64,000 nucleotides of DNA, from positions 160,001 to 224,000 of the forward strand of contig CAXXNO010000008.1 of NCBI GenBank assembly GCA_963663235.2, given 5' to 3'. The position numbers were made by a program, and so were the translations under genes. Of the stretch, positions 31,220 through 40,435 are shown in pieces. This stretch comes from Dehalococcoidia bacterium (GTDB lineage Bacteria > Chloroflexota > Dehalococcoidia > Bin125). Under the pieces are notes generated by a model, which saw only the letters and a program-made list of their open reading frames with translations, was not told the origin of the DNA and ran no database searches. Position 1 is the first letter of the stretch. The number at the start of each line of letters is the position of its first letter.

Positions 31220-31420
31220 TGACTACCTGCCAAAGATCGTCGGGATTGCTAGTGCCCTCGAGTTAATGTGGACGGGTCGTGCCTTTGACGCGCAGGAGGC
31301 GCTCCAATTGGGTTACGTATCCCGGGCGATATCCGACGACCCACTCGTGCCGGAGATAAGAGCGTTTGCGCAAACACTCGCCGGCGGCCCCGCAGTCGCG
31401 ATCCAGCTGACCAAGCGCCT
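31220..31420 (+). pseudogene. Enoyl-CoA hydratase C-terminal fragment
   Basis: LPKIVG...ALELMWTGR.FDAQEAL.LG.VS...A.QLTKRL; coordinates approximate. Confidence 0.7.
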
Positions 31421-31720
31421 CATCGCCGCCCGCCCCGACTTTACGCATGTCCGCACCCGCCACCGCTCACCCGAGACCAACGCAGTCATCGAACGCTTCG
31501 TCGGGGCGCTGAAGTACGAGCACCGCTACTGGGATGACATGGAGGACGGGGCCATGGTCGCCCGTGCGGTCGCGCGCTCCTGCCAGCTCTCCAACGCCGT
31601 CCGCCCCCCCGCGAGGCCCCCGGCTTCCGCACGCCCCTCACTGCCTGGCAGCACCTCGACCGGCCGCCGACAGCAAAGCTCTCCGGGGGCGGATCTGTCT
31701 CATCTCGCTGACACGGGACA
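31421..31720 (+). mobile_element. IS3/IS481-like transposase 3' remnant with right end
   Basis: HVRTRHRSPETNAVIERF.G.LKYE...N.VRP; end ...GACACGGGACA. Confidence 0.75.
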
Positions 31721-31880
31721 CATCTTGCGCGCCGAGGCTCTTGCGATTCGCGCGCCGTGAATCTGATCGCCCTGCCTCCTCCAACGCACGGTCGCCAACA
31801 AACAGCCACGAACGTGCAGTTGTCCCGCTTGACGTCTGTGCTAGCCTCCCACTGCAGTTCACAGGCTGGACGGTGCGAAG

Positions 31881-32834
31881 ATGCTCAAGCCAGGATTCTT
31901 GATCACGGCGCCGCCGGGCCAGCGTAAAGTCGTCATCGATGTTGCCCAGGAGCTGGAGCATCGAGGCTTTTCGCACATCTTCTGTCCCCATGACACTACG
32001 CCAGCAGTTCTGCACGGGGTTGCCGCGCCATATGACAGCTTGAGCCTCTGCACCGCCATGATCCAGGCCACGAACCGAATCAAAGTCGGCAGCGGGGTGG
32101 CCATCACGTACACGCGCCATCCGGCGGAGATGGCGGCCGCGGCAGCGTTCAACCACGAGATCAGCGGCGGCCGCTTCTATCTGGGCCTCGGTCCAAGCCA
32201 TGACATTATCCTCAAGCACTTCAACATCGAGTCCGAGAAGCCGCTCGGCCACATGCGCGGCTACGTCGCGCAGGTCCGCGCCGCCGCAGCGGGCCAGCCG
32301 ATGCCGCCTATCATCCTCGGCGCGCTCCGCAGGAAAATGGTCCATCTGGCCGGAGAAATTGCCGATGGAGTGCTCGGTGCCAACTGGGCCCTGTCACATG
32401 TGCCGGAGTCGCTGAACGAGATCCCAAAGGCAAAACCGGACACGTTCCTCATGGGCCATATTGTCCCCGTTTGGATTTGCGAGGATCGGCGCGAAGGTCT
32501 CTCTGTTTTCCAACGGTGGATCGCCTACGCGATGACGATGGCGAATTACGCCCGATACTACCGTGAGGCAGGATACGTGGAGGAAGTCGAGCGGAGCACG
32601 GCGGCCACCAGCGTAAACGACACTGCGGCCGCCGAGGCAGCGATTTCTGAGCGGATGGCTGAGGACATTGGAATCTTTGGCACCCCCCCTCAGGTCCGAG
32701 AACGGATTGAGGAGTGGCAGGCTGCCGGCGTGAACTGGCTGACCTTGCAACCCGTCTACTCAAGCCGTGCGAGCTTCAGCAGCAAGAAGGGCTATCCGGC
32801 GGCAATTATGGCCCTGGCCGACATCTTTAAATAG
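31881..32834 (+). CDS. LLM-class oxidoreductase
   Basis: ATNRIKVGSGV, SGGRFYLGLG, AGEIADG and FGTPPQV motifs. Confidence 0.85.
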   Translation: MLKPGFLITAPPGQRKVVIDVAQELEHRGFSHIFCPHDTTPAVLHGVAAPYDSLSLCTAMIQATNRIKVGSGVAITYTRHPAEMAAAAAFNHEISGGRFYLGLGPSHDIILKHFNIESEKPLGHMRGYVAQVRAAAAGQPMPPIILGALRRKMVHLAGEIADGVLGANWALSHVPESLNEIPKAKPDTFLMGHIVPVWICEDRREGLSVFQRWIAYAMTMANYARYYREAGYVEEVERSTAATSVNDTAAAEAAISERMAEDIGIFGTPPQVRERIEEWQAAGVNWLTLQPVYSSRASFSSKKGYPAAIMALADIFK

Positions 32835-33004
32835 CGTTCGGAGCTGCTCGCGGTCCTGTGGTGGCGGAAGAGGCCTGGCGAACGGCCCGTACACGCCGCG
32901 GCCACTCGTGGCCGTATCTCCGGTGGTTCGTTTGCTCCTACAGCGGCCGGACGACGAAGCGGTAAGGGTCCGCAGAGACGCCGGCAGAACAGGCCACGGC
33001 GGAA

Positions 33005-33454
33005 ACGACGAAGTCCTTTGAGGACTTTCGAATCGAGGAGAAGTTCTCTATCCCGTCCAAGACGCTGACGGATGCGCACTTCCCGTTCTTCTCCGCACTC
33101 ACCGGCGACACCAACCCGATCCACTACGATCATGAGTTCGCCAAAGGCACCCGGTTCGGCAAGCGGGTGACACACGGCCTGCTGCTCGCAAGCATGACCG
33201 CGGCGGGCGCGTCAACGCTGAACCCGCTGTTTGAGGGTTCGATCGTGGCGTTCGTGGAGCAGGCGTCGCGCTTTCTCCAGCCGGTGTTGATCGGGGACAC
33301 GATCTATCCGGAGCTGGAGGTGAGCGCGCTGGTCCCCAAGACCAAGGTGAGGCTGGTGCGGCTCACCAGTCGACTCACCAATCAGCGGAACGAGCTCTGC
33401 CTGGAGGGCATGCACGCCTCCCTCATTCAGAAGCGCCCGTCGCCAACGGGGTGA
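33005..33454 (+). pseudogene. MaoC-family dehydratase, 5' frameshifted or decayed
   Basis: FEDF..., LTGDTNPIHYD, HGLL and F.QPVLIGDTI motifs. Confidence 0.75.
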
Positions 33455-33499
33455 CGGCTCGCGAGCGGCGATGCCCGGCAGCGGGGAGGAGGACAGCGA

Positions 33500-33688
33500 T
33501 TGAGCGAGTTTGGGATCATGCTCCCGCGAGCGGGCGAGCGGAGCAATCCGGAGAGCATGCACCGGATGTCGCAGCGGGCGGAGGCGCTGGGCTTCGGGTC
33601 CTGCTGGCTCTCCGACCATACCACTGACGCTATGACCCCCGTGCGGCGCAAGCTGGACATTGAGTTGGGCTGTTACGCGCCGCGCTGA
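33500..33688 (+). pseudogene. LLM oxidoreductase N-terminal fragment
   Basis: FGIMLP...AEALGFGSCWLSDH followed by an early stop. Confidence 0.7.
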
Positions 33689-33773
33689 GAACAGCACTGT
33701 TCAGCGCGAGCCCGCTGCTCGTCGCGCGTTGTCCAGCGCCGTCTTACCTGCAGGTGCGAGTCCGCCCTGCCAA

Positions 33774-34613
33774 TTAGGCCACCGGCCGGGGAGCCCCTTC
33801 ATCCTCCTCCGATACGCGGAAGAAATCTTCGATCGCTCCGTTCGGAGGTATCCGTAGCGCTGCGTCAAGACGGATCACGTCGCCGTTGAGATACGGATTG
33901 TCAATGATGTGGCGGACCAAACGAGCAAACTCCTCCGGCCTGCCCATGCGTTGCGGGAAAGGCACGGACTTACGGACCTCACGGAGCACGTCCTGCGCTT
34001 CTTGCGGCACACTGGCTACCATTGGTGTGTCGAACAATCCGGGGGCAATGGCGATCACCCGGATACCGTGAGGAGCGAGATCGCGAGCGATGGGCAGCGT
34101 CATGGTCGCAATCCCACCCTTCGAGGCGACGTAGGCCGCTTGGCCACTCTGTCCCTCGTAGGCTGCTATCGAAGTGGTACTGATTAACACTCCGCGCTCG
34201 CCGTCCGGACCTGCGTCGTTCTGAGCCATGGCCGCCGCCGCCAGCCGGATCACGTTGAAGGTTCCGACGAGGTTGACTTCAATGATGTTCGTGAACCACT
34301 CGAGCTCGTGCGGCCCGGCTTTGCTCAGGACGCGCTTGCATCCCCCGATCCCGTGGCAGTTGATGGCGACGTCGAGTCTGCCGAAGCGCTCTCTGGCCGT
34401 GCGAATCGCAGCTTCCACCTGTTCGGGGTTGCGGACGTCAGCGGCGACATGCTCAGCGGCCTCTCCTAACTCTGCAGAGAGCGCTTGCCCCTTCTCGCTA
34501 TCGACGTCGACGAGGACGACGCTTCCACCTGCCTCTACGATCATGCGGGCCGATGCCTCACCCAGCCCCGAGGCACCTCCGGTGATCAAGGCGACTCTCT
34601 GCGTCGGGTCCAT
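33774..34613 (-). CDS. SDR oxidoreductase (3-hydroxyacyl-CoA dehydrogenase type 2-like)
   Basis: TGGASGLG, ERGV, YVASKGG, TLPIARDLA and NPYLNG motifs. Confidence 0.9.
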   Translation of the reverse strand: MDPTQRVALITGGASGLGEASARMIVEAGGSVVLVDVDSEKGQALSAELGEAAEHVAADVRNPEQVEAAIRTARERFGRLDVAINCHGIGGCKRVLSKAGPHELEWFTNIIEVNLVGTFNVIRLAAAAMAQNDAGPDGERGVLISTTSIAAYEGQSGQAAYVASKGGIATMTLPIARDLAPHGIRVIAIAPGLFDTPMVASVPQEAQDVLREVRKSVPFPQRMGRPEEFARLVRHIIDNPYLNGDVIRLDAALRIPPNGAIEDFFRVSEEDEGAPRPVA

Positions 34614-34860
34614 GCTTCATCCTCATCTAGGTTTCGCGCGAGCTGATGTCGGCGCCAAACTATATTGGTGAGCAGACGTGTTGTCCACGATTTCCAGCCG
34701 CCTCGCCGCGGCGGCCTGGACGCTATCATGGCTGGACCGACACGACAAGCGGTTGTCTGTCGAGGACCGAGCTGAGATTGCGAACGGCGCTAGGAGATCC
34801 ATCTTGCCCCGCGGCGAGCGAGCGACGAGCGCCGAGACGAACCGTAAGGAGGAACGCAGC

Positions 34861-35742
34861 ATGGCAAAAGAGATCTTCTGTGCCTTCGGAATCGACGTCG
34901 ATGCCGTCGCCGGCTGGCTGGGATCCTACGGCGGCCAGGACTCCCCGACCGACATCTCCCGCGGGGTCTTCGCCGGCGAGGTCGGAGCACCACGCCTGCT
35001 TCAACTCTTCGAACGGTTTGGCATCAAGACCACCTGGTTTATTCCCGGCCACTCGATCGAGACGTTTCCCGACGAGATGCGCGCGGTAGCCGAGCAGGGC
35101 CATGAGATCGGCCTGCACGGCTATTCGCACGAGAACCCGGTCGCCATGACCCCAGAGCAGGAAGAGGCCGTCCTCGACAAGTGCATCGAGTTGATCGAGG
35201 GACTAAGCGGCAGCCGCCCCCGCGGCTACGTGGCGCCCTGGTGGGAGTTCAGCCCGATCACGAACGAACTGCTGCTGAAGAAAGGGATCAAGTACGACCA
35301 CAGTCTGCACCACGATGATGTCCACCCCTACTACGCCCGCGTGGGTGATCGCTGGACGAATATTGACTTCTCCAAGTCCGCAAGCGAGTGGATGAAACCG
35401 CTGGTCCGGGGGCAGGAGACCGATCTGATCGAGATTCCAGGAAACTGGTATCTCGACGATCTACCGCCGATGATGTTCATTAAGGCGGCCCCCAACAGCC
35501 ATGGCTTCGTCAATCCGCGCCATCTCGAAGAGATCTGGCGCGATCAGTTCGATTGGGTCTACCGCGAATACGACTACGCGGTCTTCACCATGACCATTCA
35601 CCCCGATGTCTCGGGACGCCCGCAGGTGCTGCTCATGCTGGAGCGGCTGTATACGTACATGACCCGCCATCCTGGCGTTCAATTCCGCACCTTCGAAGAG
35701 ATCGCGGATGACTTCGCCCAGCGCAGTCCGCGCGGGGGCTAG
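34861..35742 (+). CDS. Polysaccharide deacetylase family protein (CE4, PgdA/PuuE-like)
   Basis: [23 protein letters not shown] and [10 protein letters not shown] motifs; RBS AAGGAGG. Confidence 0.88.
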   Translation: MAKEIFCAFGIDVDAVAGWLGSYGGQDSPTDISRGVFAGEVGAPRLLQLFERFGIKTTWFIPGHSIETFPDEMRAVAEQGHEIGLHGYSHENPVAMTPEQEEAVLDKCIELIEGLSGSRPRGYVAPWWEFSPITNELLLKKGIKYDHSLHHDDVHPYYARVGDRWTNIDFSKSASEWMKPLVRGQETDLIEIPGNWYLDDLPPMMFIKAAPNSHGFVNPRHLEEIWRDQFDWVYREYDYAVFTMTIHPDVSGRPQVLLMLERLYTYMTRHPGVQFRTFEEIADDFAQRSPRGG

Positions 35743-36140
35743 AGGAGAGATAGGCATGCCGGGTCGCCGGCTTGCCGTTCCAGTGCAGTCGCTCCTAAGC
35801 GATCTTGGCCGGGTTGGCGACCGGGGCTATCATTCCTCATAGTGTCGTCGTGGCGTAGAACTTCGCACGGCATGCGATCCGTGGGAAGCCGCTTCTCTGT
35901 CTGAGCTCCGACAGCGCCGGCGAGCGAATGGAACGCACTCAGATCGTCTAGCGCCGGAGACGCCTGCTCACTTCCATTCCCACATCCTGGTGCGCGTGTT
36001 GTCGGCAGCATCGGTCTCGTGCTCGCCGATCACCAGCGTCTCGTTGAGTCGCGCGAGCTTGCCTCGTGGGAGGACAAAACCCAGGCCGACGCGCATAACA
36101 GTGGTGCCGACCATGCTGGCCGAGCTTCTGGAGGTCGGTC

Positions 36141-36240
36141 ATGCTGCTCCACCTCGGCCTGCTGGTCGCCACACTGCGGCGGGTACTGCGCTCCCGCCAC
36201 GACCTGCTCCTGGAGAATCTCACGCCCAGGCAGCAGCTCC
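36141..36240 (+). pseudogene. rve-IS transposase N-terminal fragment
   Basis: MLLHLGLLVATLRRVLRSRHDLLLENL..RQQL. Confidence 0.7.
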
Positions 36241-36875
36241 TTAAGGACGCGCTTGAGCGTCGTTCGGCTGCCGCGCCCACGAAGGCGCTCCAAGATCTGC
36301 GCCTCCAGCATCGCGCGGGCTTGGTCCAACGGCAGACAGTCCAGAAGGGCCTCCCGGACGTGGTGTGCCTCGACGTTGGGACCCACACCGAGGACCGCGT
36401 AGCGCCGGTCGCGCAGTTCGATAGCCATGCTCGGAGGGATATCATCGAACCGACCGATCGCTTTGAGGACGCGGCGATTCTCGTGACGCCGGCCGGGTGT
36501 ACGGCGCAGCGACATGAGAATGTCCGCCGCTCCGCCCCAAGCGCTACTCCCGCGCGCTGAGTCCCCAATATCGCCCCCGCTTTTTCGACCGTGGCGGACG
36601 ACGATGACCGAAACGCCGGCCTCCGCCAGGCGAGCGACATCCCGCAACGCGGCGAGGGCTTCCCCCGAGGAGTTCTCGCCTTCGCCAGGAATCTCGGCCC
36701 ACGTCGGAGCCGGGAGCGTGGCGAAGAGAGCGGCCCGCTCCTGCTTCGCCTGCAGGCAGGCGGCCGTGAACGGGGGGTGGCGGTTGTAGCAGTCAAGGAG
36801 GTAGATGAGCCCGGCGGTGTCGAGGGCGCCGGCGAGGCGGGGATGGCTGGGGAAGCGTGCGCCTTGCGGGCTCAC
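36241..36875 (-). pseudogene. Chimeric remnant containing the C-terminal part of an AAA_25/RepA-like helicase
   Basis: VIVVRHGRK...ARGSSAWGGAADILMSL motif; Walker A region missing. Confidence 0.6.
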
Positions 36876-36992
36876 GGCCGATCCAGTTCAGTCATACTTG
36901 AATGATAGTTCGCCGGCGAGGCGGAGATGGCCGGGAACGCGTTCGCACCGAGGGCTCACGGCCCGCTCCAATCGTTCATAGATGAATGATAG
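36827..36992. repeat. Two diverged tandem ~82 bp units (period 84)
   Basis: 36827-36908 and 36911-36992 share CGCCGGCGAGGCGG, GGGCTCACGGCC and TGAATGATAG. Confidence 0.8.
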
Positions 36993-37101
36993 CGATCACG
37001 CGCTCCAAAGCCCACGGCGGCACGTCCGTTCGCCCGATTGCCCTCCAGATAGCGCACGGCGCCAACCTCGTCCCACAATTCGCAAAATGGCGAGCGGCTG
37101 C

Positions 37102-37146
37102 CTTTTAATCCGAAGGTCCAGGGTTCGAACCCCTGAGGGCCCACCA
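37102..37146 (+). repeat. 3' half of tRNA-Lys (attR of island 1 / attL of the next element)
   Basis: CTTTTAATCCGAAGGTCCAGGGTTCGAACCCCTGAGGGCCCACCA; 44/45 identity to 6386-6430. Confidence 0.93.
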
Positions 37147-37285
37147 CCACGCTTCTTTATTAGGCCGGGCTGCAATCCGGTCGAAACCGGGTCTGGAGCT
37201 TCGGACTGCAACGGTTCTGCTCCGCGATTCGCTTGACTTCATCCCCCGATCAGAGCGTCCATGGATGGGCGAAAGGGGGGCAATC

Positions 37286-38245
37286 ATGGTCGCGGAACTG
37301 GTACTTCAGACGGACGACGGCATGGGTCTGGGGGAGGCGATCGCGGCCTACCTCGCCGCCTGCGATGTCGAAGGGAAAAGCCCCCGCACCGTCGACGCCT
37401 ACGCCGAGACCCTGCGCCGCTTCCAGGCCGTCTGCCTCGCCGAGGCCCTGCCGGCCCGGGTCGCCGACTTCCGTCCTCCCCACGTCTACGCGTTCCTCAA
37501 GGCCGTCGCCGACAGCGGCGTCTCGCTGGGCACCCGGCACCGCCGCTTCCGCGAGACCCGCGCCTTCTTCTCCTGGTGCCTGCGCATGGGCGCCTGCGCG
37601 CGCCACCCCTTCACGGGCATCGCCAACGTGCGCGTGGAGCAGAAAGTGATCCAGCCGCTCAGTGAGGAGGACATCCAGGCCCTCCTGGCGGTCTGCGATT
37701 CCGGCGACGAGTTCGGCTGCCGCAACCGGGCCATCATCTTGCTCTTCCTCGACACCGGGATGCGCTACGCGGAGCTGCACCAGCTCACCCTGGCCGACGT
37801 GTCCTGGGAGGACCGCCGGATCCACATCCGCCACGGCAAGGGCCGCAAGCAGCGGGTGGTGCCGTTCGGCGATGGGCCGGAAGCGGCGCTGCGCGGATAC
37901 ATCGACCGCTTCCGCGGCGAGGACGAGGGACCGTTGTTTCTGACCATCTCACGCTGGGGGGAGTCGCGGCGCCCGATGAACAAATACCTGTTGGGCACCC
38001 TGTTCGCGCGGCTCGGCGAGCGGGCCGGCGTGCACGCCAACCCGCACCGCTTCCGCCATACGTTCGCTACCTGGGCCATCGAGAACCATGCGCGGGAGCT
38101 GGACGTGCAATACCTGCTCGGCCACTCGACGTCGGCGATGGTCCGTCGTTACTCCGCGACCTACGATGCCGCGAAAGCGGCCGACGCGCACGCCGCGTTC
38201 AGCCCCGCGGCGCGGTTTCTGGCGAGGTCGAACGGGACCGGTTAA
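37286..38245 (+). CDS. Intact tyrosine recombinase/integrase int2 (319 aa)
   Basis: Full catalytic set: TGMR, GKG, HRFRH, LGHS, RRY; RBS GGGGGG; leader homologous to that of int1. Confidence 0.95.
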   Translation: MVAELVLQTDDGMGLGEAIAAYLAACDVEGKSPRTVDAYAETLRRFQAVCLAEALPARVADFRPPHVYAFLKAVADSGVSLGTRHRRFRETRAFFSWCLRMGACARHPFTGIANVRVEQKVIQPLSEEDIQALLAVCDSGDEFGCRNRAIILLFLDTGMRYAELHQLTLADVSWEDRRIHIRHGKGRKQRVVPFGDGPEAALRGYIDRFRGEDEGPLFLTISRWGESRRPMNKYLLGTLFARLGERAGVHANPHRFRHTFATWAIENHARELDVQYLLGHSTSAMVRRYSATYDAAKAADAHAAFSPAARFLARSNGTG

Positions 38246-38268
38246 CCCTCTGCTTCCCAAGCAGAGGG
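38246..38268. other. Symmetric att-like core CCCTCTGC-TTCCCAA-GCAGAGGG
   Basis: Perfect 8 bp inverted arms around the tRNA-Gly(CCC) anticodon loop, starting directly after the int2 stop codon. Confidence 0.7.
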
Positions 38269-38592
38269 CCCACGGCGCCTGCGGCCAGCGCATGGCTTTC
38301 CTATCTGGGGAGGCAGACCGCACGGAATAATGAGCCCCCACAGCCCGGGGAAGCGCCCTTTGCGGTCGCTTGCATTCATCCCTGCAGCCTACGGCGGGCG
38401 CGCGTGCCCTGCGGCATGCCGGACAGCGCTGTGCATCCGCTCGGAGGTGGCCGCCCGCGAACAGACGAATGGAGCCCGCCATCGGACGACTCGCGCGGGC
38501 AGGTCACGGATCGACCCGAACCTCGTCCCACAATTCCCAAAATGGCCGACGTTCTCCCTTATCCTTCATACGACCCACTAGGGAGAACCACG

Positions 38593-40242
38593 ATGCGAAT
38601 AATCCTCATCGCTCTCTTGACGGGGATGCTGCTGCTGGCGTGCAGCCAGGGCACGGGAAGCAATACGCCCGACGATGCGGTTCCTGCCGAAACTCTGGCC
38701 ACGGACAGGAGCCATTCTTCGCGAGTCTTCCCTCGAGGAGAGACCTCGCTCGAAGAGAGGATCGCCAACTACCCCACCGTCGTCAGAGCTCGGATGACCT
38801 CCGAGTCCACCGAGGTGGTCGCCGGGGCGGGGAGGTTTGAGGGTAACTACTACGCTGCCTTGAAGTTCGACCTTGAAGTCGGTGAGTACCTGAATGGGAC
38901 AGGTGCCGACAACATCACGGCGATATGGGTCGCAGCCGATGAATTCGGCACCCGCCAGGAAGCCGAAGACGCGTTGCCCGACATCCGCGCCCGAAGGGAT
39001 ACGCAATGGGACAATCGGGAGGCGGTCTTCTTCCTGCAAGACCTGGGTGATGCTCAGGCTTTTCCCCTTGATGTCTTACCTACATTGCAGGGTGACAACC
39101 ATTACTACCTGTCGTTCGGTTTCTCTCAGCCCCACCGGGACGGCTACAGCCTGTCCAGCGAATACAGTAAGTTGTGGCTGCCGGCGACCGAGATCGCTTC
39201 GGGCGCTACCGGCCAGAGCGGGACCGTGCGGGACGGCCAGGAGTTCCTCCTGGCCGTCCCGACGGACCCAGCCGGTGCAGGCGCAAGTGGCGCGAGCACA
39301 CCGGCGGGTCCAACGATAACGCTGGGCGACCTGAAACAGCGGCTCGCAGCTGTTACCGCTGAGCTTAGCGCCAGCGACGGCTCGGAAGAATACAAAGAAT
39401 GCGTCCGGTTTAAATATCAGAATGAGCGCGAGGATAGGTACTTCATAGCCGAGGGTGAGGGTCGGCGAGTCTACGTCACGCATCCTACACATGAATTCGA
39501 CTCCGGCCAGCCCGCCGGCACCACGATCTATGAAGACGAAGTCGTCAGCGCCGAATCAACTGAACAGAGATCAAGGCTCTGGTTCGATGGACGGGACTCT
39601 GCCCTATTCGATGTCGTGACTGGCGACCTCGTACCAGAGCGCTCTGCATTTACATTCACCCAGACCGTGGTCTCTGCGCGGCCGATTCCCGCAGGAGAAT
39701 ACAAGGTCAATAACAATTACCTTCTGTTGGCCTTCATTCCCTGCAATCACGTCTTCACCTACGAAATGACGATGACCGTGACGGCACCCGAGGGCACTGT
39801 TCACGAGGCGTTCTTCGATCCGGTGGTGATTGGCGCGGCGGTAGGCGCCGACGGCTCACGTGGTGTTTTGAAGCCGGCGTCGTTTGCCATCGAGGGGGTG
39901 GGCACAACAGACATCAAGCGGATCCGGTGGGAGTCAGCAAGGGTCGAGATGCAGATTGATCCGCCCGGGAGGCCCACAGGCCATCACATCGACTTCATCG
40001 CCCTAGACGGGACGGTCGTGCTGCGGCTGGATTTCGACGACGCTGTCGACGTTGTTGAGGAGGGCCGCACGCGCGCGCTGACCTGGGGGGTATGCGAGCG
40101 GTCTTGGAATGACGGAGACCTTCTGATGCTGCGCATCAGTGAAAGTCCTCCCGGCCTGACTGGCGCGACCAACGATGTGCTATGTCCCCCGCCACCGCCT
40201 CAGAACCTGACGGCTTCCTTTCCTCCACGCAGGACTCGGTGA
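38593..40242 (+). CDS. Large lipoprotein of unknown function; possible truncated fibronectin-III start at the 3' end
   Basis: MRIILIALLTGMLLLAC lipobox; PPQNLTAS.. / ..QDSVTLTW split by a frameshift near 40220. Confidence 0.7.
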   Translation: MRIILIALLTGMLLLACSQGTGSNTPDDAVPAETLATDRSHSSRVFPRGETSLEERIANYPTVVRARMTSESTEVVAGAGRFEGNYYAALKFDLEVGEYLNGTGADNITAIWVAADEFGTRQEAEDALPDIRARRDTQWDNREAVFFLQDLGDAQAFPLDVLPTLQGDNHYYLSFGFSQPHRDGYSLSSEYSKLWLPATEIASGATGQSGTVRDGQEFLLAVPTDPAGAGASGASTPAGPTITLGDLKQRLAAVTAELSASDGSEEYKECVRFKYQNEREDRYFIAEGEGRRVYVTHPTHEFDSGQPAGTTIYEDEVVSAESTEQRSRLWFDGRDSALFDVVTGDLVPERSAFTFTQTVVSARPIPAGEYKVNNNYLLLAFIPCNHVFTYEMTMTVTAPEGTVHEAFFDPVVIGAAVGADGSRGVLKPASFAIEGVGTTDIKRIRWESARVEMQIDPPGRPTGHHIDFIALDGTVVLRLDFDDAVDVVEEGRTRALTWGVCERSWNDGDLLMLRISESPPGLTGATNDVLCPPPPPQNLTASFPPRRTR

Positions 40243-40435
40243 CCCTGACGTGGACTGACTTGCCCCATCTCCAAGTCGTGGCGACAGGTGCTGTCGCATT
40301 GGAGGCGAGGTGCGCGTCGTTCACCGAGCGGGGGCGAAGCCCGTCGCGCCCCGTATACGCACGCTCCGACGGGGCGTCGCGGTGTTCCTGGCGCCCCAGG
40401 GCCGGGTTGGAGCGTCCGAAGGATCGGCGGGGCCC

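Larger units (their letters stand above)
6386..37146 (+). mobile_element. Integrative genomic island at tRNA-Lys (~30.7 kb)
   Basis: 45 bp direct repeat (6386-6430 vs 37102-37146, 1 mismatch) starting exactly at the anticodon loop; integrase next to attL; IS-rich cargo. Confidence 0.8.

Noticed and set aside
31083-31760. Novel crotonase-transposase fusion protein
   Set aside because: An in-frame join of two decayed fragments lacking their N-terminal domains.
37286-38245. Integron integrase with cassette array
   Set aside because: No IntI-specific insertion is evident, I saw no attC sites, and the context is tRNA att sites.
38246-38268. Rho-independent terminator after int2
   Set aside because: No U-tract, and the loop and right arm match the tRNA-Gly fragment found after int1.
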